A stretch of 64,000 bases of DNA from the human T2T-CHM13v2.0 reference genome, Homo sapiens. This document shows, piece by piece, positions 1 to 19,559 of the stretch. The translations under genes were made by a program, and so were the position numbers. The stretch's first letter is position 1. Each line of letters begins with the position of its first letter. The stretch is taken from the NCBI RefSeq assembly GCF_009914755.1, contig NC_060943.1. The stretch is one strand, 5' to 3'. The notes under the pieces were generated by a model that did not search any database, was not told where the DNA came from, and saw only the letters and a program-made list of their open reading frames with translations.

Positions 1-75
1 GAAAGATGTGTCTGTCTTGCTTATTACAGCATCCCAGAGCCATACACACAGTAGGTGCATAATAAATCTTGTAGG
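1..75 (+). mobile_element. L2 3' end fragment
   Basis: tgtctgtcttg...cacagtaggtgcataataaat resembles the L2 terminus. Confidence 0.5.
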
Positions 76-594
76 AAAAAAAAAATGCAACGGAGGGGCG
101 GGGATTAGGTGACTGTCCCTTTATCACAGCAGGAGAGGAACAGTACATGCAAATGTGTGAATCACTCGGGCTATGTTCAGAGAACTATAAACAGTTCAGA
201 GTTGATGAAGGGCAAAGTACAGGATGAGAGGAATAGAAGATTAGACCAGAGAGGAAAGACAGGGAACCAAGGGGCTTGGACTTTACCCCACAGCAGAAGC
301 CAAAGAAAGATGTCAGGCAGAAAGAACACCATCGGATTCACATTTGGGGGTCATTTTTCTGGCTTATGGTAGATGGATGAGGAAGTTGAGAGGCAGAGGA
401 AACAGAAAAGAAGAGGCTGGCTTCTGAAGCCATCGGGGAGGTGGAGGTGTCAGGACTTACCTGCTGGATGACGCCCAACTTTCCACCTTGGGCAACTGGA
501 TACAACTCACGAGAGAAACAGCAAACCAAAAAGACAGGTGCTCACATGTGGACAATCTGGGTTTGAGGTGTGGAGTTCAAGATATAGAGGCTGC

Positions 595-1091
<497 letters not shown>

Positions 1092-1517
1092 CTAACCACT
1101 CCGGCTTGCTCCAGAAAGCTACTCATGGCAAGGTGCAAAAACCCCTGTTTGTTGGGGGCATTTTGGAAGTTTTTATTCTCATTCATGTAGGCAATACACA
1201 TTTTATGCAATTAAGTACAGGAGTAACTTTTTACAAGTTGTTGAGTTTCAACCTATTGATGTTTCCTGCATTTTGAGTCCATATAAATTTTACAGGCTAT
1301 TTAGAAATTACTGATAATAAGAGAGTACAGCTTATGAGAGAGAATGGCATACCCATTCTCTGGGGCAAATTCAGAGCCTCAATTTCTGGTAAAGAGAAAC
1401 AATTAAGCTAAATAAAAGTAACACTTGAATCAGTAAATGAAGTTATTTTTAATATTTCCAAAATTGTTAGTAGAGCTGTCTTTACAATTTTTTATGGATT
1501 TAAATGACATCTGTTTT

Positions 1518-2110
<593 letters not shown>

Positions 2111-2195
2111 TTCATTCTTAATTTTATCTACAATATTTGTTCTCTCCCCCTCCTTTGTCTTAGTTTTTCTGTTTTATTGATTCCTCCCTCTAAAA

Positions 2196-2372
2196 CAGCA
2201 CTGTCCAACAAACGTTCAGCAGCTATGGAAAAGTTCTGTATCTGTTCTATCCATTTCAGTAGTCACTAACCATACATGGCCCCTAAGCAGTGGAAACTTG
2301 GCTCGTGCGACTGAGAAAATGAATTTTTAATTTAATTTTCACGTGGGTTGTGGCCACCCTACTGAGCAGCAT
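2196..2372 (+). mobile_element. MER3-like hAT-Charlie fossil
   Basis: cagcactgtccaa...gtagtcactaaccatacatgg...gtgcgactgagaaaatgaatttttaattt. Confidence 0.7.
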
Positions 2373-2624
2373 CTCTCTAAAAGATCCAGCTTTTTGATTT
2401 TGTCAGTTCTATTTGTTTTCTAATCAGTTCGTCTGTGCTTATTATTTCCAATATTCATCATCTCATTTTTGTGATTTCTCTCTATATTCATATAATAAAT
2501 TATCAAGCAAATTTCCTCTATAATCATTTAAACCTCTGCCTTTGTCTCCATGTTCACATCATTGTCATCTTCAAATAGTCTATCCTTGCAGTGTTTCGAT
2601 CCTCCAACTTAAGACTTAGGGGTT

Positions 2625-2951
2625 GGTTGTTTTTTTGTTTTGTTTTGTGTTTTTTGTTTTTTTGAGATGGAGGTTAGCTCTTGTTGCCCAGGCTAGAAGA
2701 GTCCAATGGCACCATCTCGGCTCACTGCAACCTCTGCCCCCGGGGTTCAAGCGGTTCTCCTGCCTCAGCCTCCCAAGTAGCTAGGATTACAGGGTATGCG
2801 CCACCACCCTCAGCTAATTTTTGTACTTTTAGTAGAGACGGGGTTTCACCATGTTGGCCAGGCTGGTCTCGAACTCCTGACCTCAGGTGATCCGCTCGCC
2901 TCGGCCTCCCAAAGTGCTGGGATTACAGGCGTGAGCCATGGTGCCCAGCCC
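2625..2951 (-). mobile_element. AluS
   Basis: Full antisense Alu with T-rich tail. Confidence 0.92.
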
Positions 2952-3991
2952 TTTTCGGTTTTTTTGTTTTTGTTTTTTTGGTTTTCATTTTCTTTTTAAT
3001 TATCAAGTGGTAGGAGTCTCTCTTACATGCTTGTTCAGTTAAGCTTTTAAAAATTAATTCCAGTTATGCTTACTTGCAGCCAGAGATTAGAACCCGTACA
3101 ATGTCTGCTTTTTTGGAATGTATTGGTTTGGGGTGGGGTTTTGTTGTTTTTTTTTTTTTTTTTTCAGATTTAACAGATGATTGATTTTTCTAACTATTCC
3201 AAGAGCACTTTAAAATGTATATTGTTTGCAGAGTGCAAAGTTCAGTCCTATCTGTTACCACAATCTTATTAACCATGTTATTCAAACTTTTTGTTACCTG
3301 AGTCTCATCTCCCAGATCCAGGCTGTGTTGGAGTCTTCTCCGAAGTTTCTCCTTGCATTTCCAACAATTTGCTCTCTACAGTTTAATTCTATTCTAGGTG
3401 ACCCTCAACTCATTAAAGATCATCCCTTCAAACCATGCAAAAGCTCTCCCTCTCTCCCTGAAAACGCCTCGCGCCTTGAATTCTTTGCTTATTTTTCTCT
3501 GTTCAAATTTAGCCACACGTTGAAGTTTTCTGTGTCATTTTTGGAAATAGGTATGACAATCTGTAAGCGGCACAGAGAGAGAGAACCGCAGCCTCCATGG
3601 GAACGAGGAAGTGGGAACGGGATGAGAGTTTGGAATCGATCTCCGTGGAAGGTCTGAATTGCAAGGCGGGTTTCCCTGGGGACAATCTCAACCATAAAAA
3701 AGTTCTGCTCACATGACTGATGGCTTTTCAATAACAAGTATATGGCGGTCTTGAATGTGCACAGGTTGACAGTTTTCCCGGGAGCTTCTACATGCACGAG
3801 CTGGCAGAGTCTAGGGACAGGGACAAGGAATGGAGAAAATTTCCTCAACTCCTGAAGGACACAGGTGCCCATGGGGACGTACTGAATTTCTGCAGAGGCA
3901 CCGTGAAACAGAATCATAAGTCAGAAGGAAAATGCACCTATTTCACATTCCATCGTGACAAAAGGGAGACGACTTTTAGCTTACCTCCTGA

Positions 3992-4532
<541 letters not shown>

Positions 4533-4908
4533 TAAGTTACGAGAGTCTTCGTGTGTCATCTCCATGCCAGGAGCCTCATGGCCTCGTTTTCCCGGGGGGC
4601 CACTCCCCGTGTATATACCTCAGACACTGCTATTCTATTAGAAAAACATGTGAAGTTCTCTGATTGGGGGAAAGATCCATTTCCTGCTCATGTTGATTTC
4701 AACAAAAGAAAGGAATAAGTTTCCCTCTGGATCCTCAGACTTCACTGGCTAATCAAGACCCACCTTGCAGCTGCTCTTTGTCCACCAGAGCAAACAGCCC
4801 AGATACCTGGAACTTCCCAGTTCTACCTGGATTTATGCTACTGAGCCCTGGCACCTATGCGGGGAAAATGCAATAAGGAAAAAAAGGACAAACAATGCTC
4901 CCCTATCA

Positions 4909-5241
<333 letters not shown>

Positions 5242-5739
5242 GTTTACTAGGCAGCAAAACACCTCCTGTTGCTTGTCCCATTCTCTAGTGGCTTCTATCA
5301 ACAGATCTGAGCTCCTACGGAGTGTCCGGCACCATCTGAGCTCCAGATACAAGCTAATGGTTAGAACAGACCTTTCCACAGCCTAGAGGGTAGACAGAGA
5401 GAAATCTTTAGCACTGGGCATGCAAGCACATTTCGTTACAAATTGTGACCATGCTCCAATCAAGTTCACAGGGGGCTGAAACGCCCGGGTTGTTAATTTC
5501 CTCAGAAGGTTATTCTATAAAAGCCAAAGTGTTACTTTCTTGCATTGAGAAACCAGAGCACCAAATGCCAACTTTCTAGCTCAGTTCTCACCTTCCTTCC
5601 TCATGTCTGCCATGCAATCAAACTAAGGAACGGATGGACAGCCAGCCATGCCTGTCAGTCCCGCAGTAGCCAGGCCTAAGATGGGGACAGTAGGAGGAGC
5701 GTGGAGAAATTCTACATTGTCCAAATCTGCTCTCTTGGC

Positions 5740-6038
5740 TTCCTGCAGTGGCTCTCTCATGCCTGTAATCCCGATACTTTGGGAGGCTGAAGCTGGAGGA
5801 TCACCTGAGGTCAGGAGTTCAAGACCAGCCTGGGCAACATGGCAAGACCCCTCACACCCCCCACGCCCATCTCTACAGATAATACAAAAATTAGGTGGGC
5901 ATTGTGGTGCACACCTGTAGTCCCAGCTATTCGGGAGGCTGAGGTGGGAGGATCAATTAGCCCAGGAGGTCAAAGCTGCAGTGGGTTATGACTGCATGAC
6001 AGCACTCCAGCCTGGGTGACAGAGTGAGACACTGTCTG
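5740..6038 (+). mobile_element. AluJ
   Basis: Diverged Alu dimer. Confidence 0.88.
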
Positions 6039-6089
6039 AGGCTCTCCCATCAGACCTGCGAGCCACAGCTTCAATAGCCAGCACGTGGA

Positions 6090-6230
6090 GTGCAAGGACT
6101 TATGGTATCAGGTCGACCTGAGTTTCGAGCAGACACAGCTACTTCCTGGTCACATGAGTCTGCTTTCTGTGCCTCGGTTTCCCCATGTGCAGACGGGAAC
6201 CATCGAAGTACCTTGGGCTGACTTGAATAC
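6090..6230 (+). mobile_element. MIR
   Basis: MIR core ctgtgcctcggtttccccatgtgcagacggg. Confidence 0.6.
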
Positions 6231-6304
6231 TGGAGGGGATGACGCACAAAATAGCACTCACAACTTCCTTTATTTCATGGGAAGAGAGGGTTGGATGGAT
6301 TAAA

Positions 6305-6822
6305 CCAGGGGTCCCCCACCCCTCAGGGAGTTGAGAGACAGAATCTCATTCTGTAACCCAGGCTGGAGTGCAGTGGGTGTGATCATAGCTCACTGCAGCT
6401 TCTACCTCTTGGGCTCACTCAATCTTCCCACCTCAGCCTCCCAAGTAGCTGGGACTACAGGCACACACTTGTGATCCACACTCAGCTAATTTTGGTATTT
6501 TTTGAGCAGACGGGGTTTGGCCATGTTGCCCAGTCTAGTTTCAAACCAGCCAGTTAGGAACCAGGCTGCACAGCAGTGGACGAGGGGCGGGCGAGCGATG
6601 GAAGCTTCATCTGTATTTACAGTCACTCCTCATTGCTTGCATGACCATCTGAGCTGCGCCTCCTGTCAGATCAGCAGCAGCATTAGATTCTCCTAGGAGC
6701 GTGAACCCTATTGTGAACTGTGCATGCGAGGGATCTGGGTTGCACGCTCTTTATGAGAATCTAATGCTTGATGATCTGTCACTGTCTCCCGTCACCACCA
6801 AATGGGACTGTCTATTTGCAAG
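6305..6822 (+). mobile_element. MER1A-like hAT-Charlie element interrupted by an antisense AluJ (about 6333-6545)
   Basis: Starts caggggtcccc; body gaagcttcatctgtatttacag...gcattagattctc...gagaatctaatgc. Confidence 0.8.
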
Positions 6823-6937
6823 AACCCAGGAGGAGGAGGTTTCAGTGAACAGAGATTGCACCAGTGCAGTCCAGCCTGGGTGGCAGAGTGAGACCCTGTC
6901 TCAACAACAACGACCACAACAAAAACAAACAAAAAAA
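6823..6937 (+). mobile_element. Alu right-arm fragment with CAA-rich tail
   Basis: aacccaggagg...ccagcctggg...gtctcaacaacaa. Confidence 0.8.
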
Positions 6938-7283
6938 GAGTCATCAAGGAATAAATAAAACGGGTGACACGCTGTTTTTCTAAAGCCCAAATATCACGTT
7001 GTCAACCACACTTCCTGATGACATCTAAATCCCCTTTGAAACTGCTTGGAAGTTTCTAGAAGAGCTCATCCACAGTAACAGAACACTCAAGTCTAAAAGG
7101 GAAAACACAAAATCCCCAATTTTCCTCTCAGAAATCAAGATTTAATAGCCTCCTAAGGAAACCATAATTTGAGGGCCATTGGGAGCATTACTCTCTGAGG
7201 CCTGTGATTATAGAATGCCGAGAATGATTGGGAACTTGAACCACCAGTGAATTTGGGCTCCAACTAAAATGAATGAGACCCGT

Positions 7284-7658
<375 letters not shown>

Positions 7659-7791
7659 CTAAGAGGAGGCTGGGGAGGGCTCAAGGAAGTTGGAAAGAGG
7701 GAAAATATCACGAGAATAAAGCAACCATCTCAAAAAACAACATGAGTTTCCCCACTTATGTCTCCCTAGCCTGGCTAAAGAAAGGAGAATG

Positions 7792-8036
7792 GGCCGGGCC
7801 AGTGGCTCACACCTGTAATCCCAGCACTTTGGGAGGCTGAGGCAGGAGGATCGCTTAAGACCAGAAGTTCGAGACAAGCCTGGGCAATATAGCAAGACCC
7901 ATCTCTACAAACAAGTTTAAAAACTACTTGAGGGCCTGAGGCAGGAGGATCACTTGAGCACAGGGGTTTGAGGCTGCAGTGAGCTATGACTGTGCCGTTG
8001 CACTCTAGCCTGGGTGATAGAGTGAGACCTTGTTTG
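7792..8036 (+). mobile_element. AluJ (internally deleted)
   Basis: Alu arms ending in a GGAA tail. Confidence 0.85.
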
Positions 8037-8037
8037 A

Positions 8038-8153
8038 GAAGGAAGGAAGGAAAGGAAGGAAGGAAGGAAGGAAGGAAGGAAGGAAGGAAGGAAGGAAGGA
8101 AGGAAGGAAGGGAAGGAGGGAGGGAGGGAGGGAGGGAGGCAAAGAAAGAAAAG
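8038..8153 (+). repeat. (GGAA)n/(GGGA)n microsatellite
   Basis: 14 consecutive GGAA units at 8054-8109. Confidence 0.95.
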
Positions 8154-8757
8154 AGTTACAAGGAGCTTGGCCTTGGGCATGGAAAGGGATTTGTGGTTAA
8201 GAGCTGGCCCCTCTTCCAGCCCTTGTACCCCCCAGAAAACCACCTCGTGTTTGGCTCACGAACTTCTGCTTCTTGGAACTCATCTAAGTCAAAGACAACA
8301 ACACCCTCTGAGATGCTACTGACCTCATGCCACGTAACTATTCTGTGGCTGCCAGGAGGAACCGCCCACTCGCTCTTCTTGGGTTTACTCCTAATTCCAC
8401 GCCCACCTCACCTTGAACTTCCCACTTTGAAATCTAAAGATCAAAGGTGTTTCTTGGTTCTCACATAGAAATCCCCCCCTTGAACTTCCTTCCTATCTGT
8501 TTCCTCAGCCTATCTTCCCTCTGGCCGTGTATTATTCACAAAGAGTTCTACAGGATGCAAAGATAAAATTTAATGTACTTTCCTTAGCAACCGGAAAAAA
8601 AAAATCCCTGAAAAATTAAACAGCAGATACCCAAATAGAAACTTTGCTTTAGAAAAATGGGATTTGACCACACACACGTGCACAGGCCACACAAACCGTC
8701 ATAACCTTGACCAGCTTAAGAGAACAATTCTCAAGCCAGTGAGAAAACAACAGCTGT

Positions 8758-9480
<723 letters not shown>

Positions 9481-9596
9481 ATGCATCGCTCTCACCTCTC
9501 TCCAGGCAGCCTGCAGAAGCCAGATATTTATTTGAAACCTCCAGCTTCTGCTCCTCATGTGTATGCAAACGTTGAGCTCAACTCCATAAAAGTCAT

Positions 9597-9917
<321 letters not shown>

Positions 9918-10233
9918 TGAGGGTAAAAATAACACTTGACTAATGTACAGGTTGAAATACAGAACATTTGCACCACCCCCATCTTTGAATACTATTTCAT
10001 CCACCCTACTCCAATTCCAAGAGCAATGTCGTGGGTGTCTTAGCAATCAAGGATAGCACCTCCAGAACAAAAACGCTGTGAAAGTCAAAGAGAAGTTCTG
10101 TTTATACTAACAAAGGGCTGGAAATGTCTATTGGTTGTGGGTTGAATAAGTAAATTCCAAATGAACGTGACCACAGAAGAAACAGAGATTCAAAATGACC
10201 CCCAAGAAGTATTACTAAGGGAGAACGCCAAGA

Positions 10234-10600
<367 letters not shown>

Positions 10601-10619
10601 TTAGGAAATTGACAAAAAC

Positions 10620-10830
10620 CTAAGAGCTGAGAAAATATGGGTTCTGGAGTCTCAGTGTTTGGCATCAAGTCATGGCTCCACTTTCTCCTCGCTGTGCGAC
10701 TCCTGGAGGGGAACCTAGTGTGCCTGGTCCTCAGTTTCCCTGTCTGTAGAATGGGCTGGGAAAAACTATGCAGATTCTTGGAACCAGGGTGACACAAGCA
10801 AGGCACTGGCCTCTGGCATAAAAGTTAAGG
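10620..10830 (+). mobile_element. MIR
   Basis: ggttctggagtc...cctcagtttccctgtctgtagaatggg. Confidence 0.6.
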
Positions 10831-10855
10831 CGTGCCAAAACCGTCTTCAAGATAA

Positions 10856-11170
<315 letters not shown>

Positions 11171-11249
11171 GTTGATCAAACTGTTCTTGATACAATCAGG
11201 TAATTCCAGAAAAATTGTCCCCTTGGGGCCTGCTTGTTAGTTGGCTGGT

Positions 11250-11535
11250 TTGTTTGAAAGAGGATCTCGCTCAGCTGCATGGGCTGGAGTGCAGTAGCAA
11301 GTCACAGCTCACTGCAGCCTCGACTTCCTGGGCTTAAGCGATTCTCCCGCCTCAGCCTCCCATGTAGCTGCGACTACAGGTGCATGTCACCATGCCCAGC
11401 TAATTTTTATATTTGTAGTAGAAATAGGCTCTTTCTGTATTGCCCAGGCTGGTTTTGAACTCCTGGCCTAGAGAATTCCTCCCACCTTGGCCTCTCTAAG
11501 CACCAAGATGACAGGTGCGAGGGAGGCACTGCGCT
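11250..11535 (-). mobile_element. AluJ (diverged)
   Basis: Antisense Alu motifs. Confidence 0.85.
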
Positions 11536-12168
11536 GTCTTATTTAGCAATAAGCTACATTCCATTTTCAGGAGGTGACGCTGTCATCCCACTGCCAGTAC
11601 AATCCAGGTAAGGATTTCACTCCATCCTCTGTGTTTTCCAAAGGAGCCGGTATTTGAAAAGGACGTGCATTCCACCAAGCATTCTTAACGACCTGGGCCT
11701 TTGGGGTCAGGTAAGTTCCAGATTTTATTATTAGTAACAAATTAAATTGACTAACAACAAAAGAAAAGTGCACCATCAATGACCCCTCAGGAACCAAAAC
11801 ATGCACAATCCCATTGACACAGGGACAGAGTAAACTGCTCAACAGCTGACTCTACTCCCACAGACTGAAAGCTGCAGGGTCAGGGCCGGCAGCCGCGGAG
11901 AAGGAAGCTGTCCCCGTCAACACGGTCTGGAACAATCCACAACGCTTATCAGGGGAGATACCACAGGCAAGAGGCAACGAAAACACTTCTTCTGCCAAAT
12001 AGAGCTTTGGAGGGAATATCGGTTTGTCTGGGGCAGGACTGGGTCACGGGCTACACGCCTTCTCCTTGTATTCTCACGAATTCAACACCTGGTAATGCCG
12101 GGGCCGTTTCCCAAGTCACAGACTCAGACTCTGGGGTGGATAATTCCCCCATCACTGTTATCTTAAAG

Positions 12169-12372
12169 TAGGGTTTCTCAGCCTCAGGACTGGTGGTATT
12201 CAGAGTCGGATCTTCATCTGGGGAGGGGCCGTCTTGTACATTGCAGGGTGCTGAGCAGTATCCCTGGCCTCCACCCACTCCATGTCAGGAGCATCTCCCC
12301 CCACCCCGACGTGTGACAACCACAGATGTCCCCAGAAATATCCAGACCCACCCTAGGGTGAGAACCACTTGG
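12169..12372 (-). mobile_element. MER20 (hAT-Charlie)
   Basis: agggtttctcagcctc...gtgacaaccacagatgtc...tgagaaccac. Confidence 0.8.
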
Positions 12373-12752
12373 TGAGCGAGACTCTTGCCAGAGCCAGAGG
12401 GAAATCATCAAAGCCGATGGGGCTGAAATGGTTAAGTTGGTCCATCTGTCTGTCTGTTCATCAGGCCCTGATTTATAGCTTTGGGGGCTCCAGCACCCCA
12501 TTCCCCTGGCTTCCCCACAGTCACACTGCCATTCCCCATCATCCCCGGGACCCAAGCCCTGCGATTCCCGCTCAGCTCCCACCTAGCAGACACATGTTGA
12601 ATCGAATGCCCATTCATCTGTCCAAGATTTGCTGAGGGTCTGCCATGTTTTGGAGGCGCTTCAATAGCGACAAGACATCGTGGACCTTGACCTCATGGTG
12701 CTTCCAGTCTAGCAGGCAGGCAGGCAGAATCAGAGAGAAAATTTTTCTTTAA

Positions 12753-13159
<407 letters not shown>

Positions 13160-13232
13160 TAGAGTCCTTTTTCAGCTCTGTTTAAAATGTGAGGCTTAGA
13201 ATAACAGTGAAGATGCTTTAAACCACTACAGG

Positions 13233-13636
<404 letters not shown>

Positions 13637-13876
13637 TCAAGATAAATTCTCTCTTGCCGGTCCTTTATTTATCAAGCCAAACAGCATCTCAGAGGGATAA
13701 TTTATGCAACAAAGGTTGCAAATCATTTGCACATCTTCAAAGTATTATTGTCCATAGCCCAGTGCATGAGCGCCTCTAATTGTCTACAAAGAAAAGCAAC
13801 ACCTTCAACAACTCACGTCCAGCAGAGAAAGACTTCAGACAGGAAAAGTCAAATCACAAGTTAAAAAGTCAGAACT

Positions 13877-14169
13877 GGCTGGGCACAGTGGCTCACGCCT
13901 GTCATCCCAGCCCTTTGGGAGGCTGAGGCTGGTGAGTCACGAAGTCAGGAGTTCGAGACCAGCCTGACCAACATGGTGAAACCCCATCTCTAGTAAAGAT
14001 ACAAAAAATTAGCCAGGCGTGGTGGTGCACGCCTGCAATCTCAGCTACGCGGGAGGGCTGAGGCAGGAGAATCGCTTGAACCCGGGAGGCAGAGGTTTCA
14101 GTGAGCAGAGATTGTGCCATTGCACTCCAGGCTAGGTGACAGGGCAAGACTTTGTCTCAAAAAAAAAAA
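13877..14169 (+). mobile_element. AluS
   Basis: Full Alu with poly-A. Confidence 0.92.
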
Positions 14170-14935
14170 GGAAATGGGATACAGACACTTTAACTTCCCA
14201 AAACCCAGACAGGTTGGCTGTTAGCAACCTGGGCGAGAAGTCTATGAACCAGCTTCACAATAAATGCCTTTTAAGGATGGCTATGTGATGAAGGTGTTTT
14301 CTCTTTGTGATTAAACGCCTTACTCATCTGAAGGGGGAAATTCCATTTAAGAAGTGAACCAGGTATGAGAAGAGACATTTTCCCCAGAGGGAGGCAATGA
14401 CCTCTTTCCTCCCTGGGGCTCGGAACTTGTTTCTTCACATGTCCTCCCAGAACTCTAGTTCTTATTCCCCCCTGTGCTGGCCCTCCATAAACATTTGCTG
14501 AACAAATAAACCCATGATGGAAGGCAAGAGAAACTTCAAGACAAGACGGCTAGGCCGCCGACTGCCTAACTGGAGGGAACCAGATGTTAGCATTAAAGTT
14601 AAAAGTTAAAAGCCTTCCCAAGGTCACCAAGCGAGGTCTCTCTAACCTGGCCTGAGGTCCTCATTCTTCTCTACCCTGTTTACCCAGGATGGAAAAATGA
14701 CATTCTCTGCTGGTGGGCTGGTTGTCCACGTGAGAGATTTCAACACAGCGTTTGGAGGTTTTAAACCTCTATCATCGCTGCAGCCCAAGGAACAAAATCA
14801 GGGGCCAGGTATGCATTAGGGGATTTGCAAATGCTGTCTTATTTCATCCACTCAATGACCATAGAGGAAGATATGATGATGACTTATCCCTCTTTTTATA
14901 GATGAGGAAACAGAGATGTTCAGTAGTTCCAAAGT

Positions 14936-15147
14936 TCCTTCCCTTCCCTTTTTTTCTTCCCTCCCTCCCTCCTCCCTCCCCTCCCTCCCTTTCCTTCCTT
15001 CCCTCCCTCCTTCCTTCCTTCTTCCCTCCGTCCCCACCTCCTTCCTTCCTTCCTTGTTCCCTCCCTTTTTTTTCCTTCCTTCCTTCCCCTCTCCCTCCCT
15101 CCTTTCTTCCTTCCTTCTTCCCTGTCTTCCCAGCTTCTTTCTTTCTT
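14936..15147 (+). repeat. CT-rich polypyrimidine simple repeat
   Basis: ccctccctcc/ttccttcc units forming the tail of an antisense Alu arm (15147-15312) inside a MIR. Confidence 0.9.
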
Positions 15148-15675
15148 CAGGGTCTGCTTCTGTTGCCCAGGCTGGAGTGCAGTGGTGCAATCATAGCTCA
15201 CTACAGCCTCGACCCCTGGGCTCAATGGATCTTCCTGCCTCAGCCTCCCGAGTAGCTGGGGCTACAGGCACACGCCACTGTGCCTGGCTAAATTTTTATT
15301 TTTTGTAGACAAAGGTCATACAGCAAAGAAGTGGAAGAACTAGGATTCGAACCCAGGACCATGGGCTCTGAGTCTGTGCTTGTTCATGGAAGCACCAGCC
15401 AGTTCAGACACTCCCAGGCCTTGCCCAGATGGTCAAATGCTTCAAACAAGGACACCAGGGAAGGTCACTGTTCCTCGTATTTATGCCCCTTGTGTCACTG
15501 TCTATATCTGGGGTTAAGAATCACTCCAAAAACACCACAATGATCTCCCAGACTCTCAATTCCAGCAGAGCAGACAGCCGTCCCCACCACCACCCCCTCC
15601 ACCCACTCAGTCCTCTCTCGGTTCCACTTCAGGATGACTCGAAAGACAGAAAAAGACTCAAAGCAAAATGCCTAA

Positions 15676-16041
<366 letters not shown>

Positions 16042-16071
16042 CTGAGTCTCCTTTTCTGATAACATCCTTCA

Positions 16072-17659
<1,588 letters not shown>

Positions 17660-17726
17660 TTCACCCTTTCTGGTATTTTCCTCTCCCAGCCACAGAATGT
17701 TTCGGTAGCAGTCATCGAGTGATATC

Positions 17727-18029
17727 TTTTTTCTTTTTTTCTTTTTTGAGACGGAGTCTCGCTCTGTCTGCCAGGCTGGAGTGCAGTGGGCACGATCTTG
17801 GCTCACCGCAAGCTCCGCCTCCCAGGTTCACGCCATTCTCCTGCCTCAGCCTCCCAAGTAGGTGGGACTACAGGCGCCCGCCACCACACCTGGCTAATTT
17901 TTTGTATTTTTAGTAGAGACGGGGTTTCACCGTGTTAGCCAGGATGGTCTCGATCTCCTGACCTCGTGATCCACCCGCCTTGGCCTCCCAAAGTGCTGGG
18001 ATTACAGGCGTGAGCCACCGCACCCAGCC
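17727..18029 (-). mobile_element. AluY
   Basis: caagctccgcc, cacgccattc, ccgtgttagccaggatggtctcgatc. Confidence 0.93.
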
Positions 18030-18324
18030 TTCTTTTTTTTCTTTTGTAAAAACAAAACAGAAAAGATGCAAGGGTGACACAGAAAGTTCTCATGTACCCA
18101 TCACTCAGTAAAGAGATAAATTCCCCAGGAATGGAACAGAATGTGGCACCCAAGAATCTGCTGCTCAGGAGAGTCCCTAGAGCTGTCTCCACTGTGGGAG
18201 GATGGGATGGTGACGGAGATAGAAGAGTCCCTGCCTTGTGGCGGGGGAAGAGAGATTGCAAAACGGTGAGCAAAGAAATAAACACGTTCCACCTCCATAG
18301 GAAAACACAGGGGGAAGGGGAGAA

Positions 18325-18517
18325 ATTCTGACCCCCCGGGGGTCACGTGGAAGTGTCTTGGAGACATTTCTGGTTGTTGCAACCAGTGTGGGGTGGGAGT
18401 GCTACTGGTATCTAGTGGGGGGAGGCCAGGGATGCTAGTAAACACCCTAAAATGCCCAGGACAGCTGCCACCAGAGAGATAATCCAGCTCCAAATGTCCT
18501 CAGTACTGTGGTTGAAT
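18325..18517 (+). mobile_element. MER20
   Basis: ggagacatttctggttgt...gctactggtatctagtgg...gaggccagggatgct. Confidence 0.8.
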
Positions 18518-18640
18518 AGGCAGGGAGTGAGGAAATTTCATATAAGAGAAATCAAATCAGTTGCCTAATGTCACCCTGCTCAAAAGGGGCAGACCTGGGG
18601 TTAACAACCATGGGTTTTTCTCAGAGATTCTGCACACTGA

Positions 18641-19036
<396 letters not shown>

Positions 19037-19559
19037 TAATCTGAGGAAATCGTATGAGGAAGGATCACAGGGAAAAGCATGAAGGTAGAGGGAACAGCAA
19101 GTGCCGAGGCTTACAGGTGGCAGGAAGGCAGCCAGTGAGCTCCAGCCAAGGGTCCCATGTCAGAGAAGTAGGTAACTGACTTGTTGGTGGCAGCAAAGAA
19201 GAAGGCATGAACCATTCGCTCTTCTGTGCAGCAGTCACTCTGTGTGTGGTTTTCAGACATATTTAAAGTGGATTTAAAAAACAAACAAACAAAAAGGACT
19301 TGCAATCCAACATCTGAGTAGGGGCTTTATTAGGCTTCCCAGGACCTGGGGAAATTACCCAGGATTCAGGATAAAACTGCAGGGGTGTCTGTTGCAGGGA
19401 CCAGATATATTACTCTCTCCTGACCACAACCTTTCCAACCTCCACACTGGCCTCTGAAGCTCCGGGCTCCAGTTACTTTCACTGACCACCCCCGGGGCTG
19501 GAAGCCATGGAGGGGAGCTCTGCAGCTCTTTGGGCTTCACATGTTGCTCTGATTGTCAT

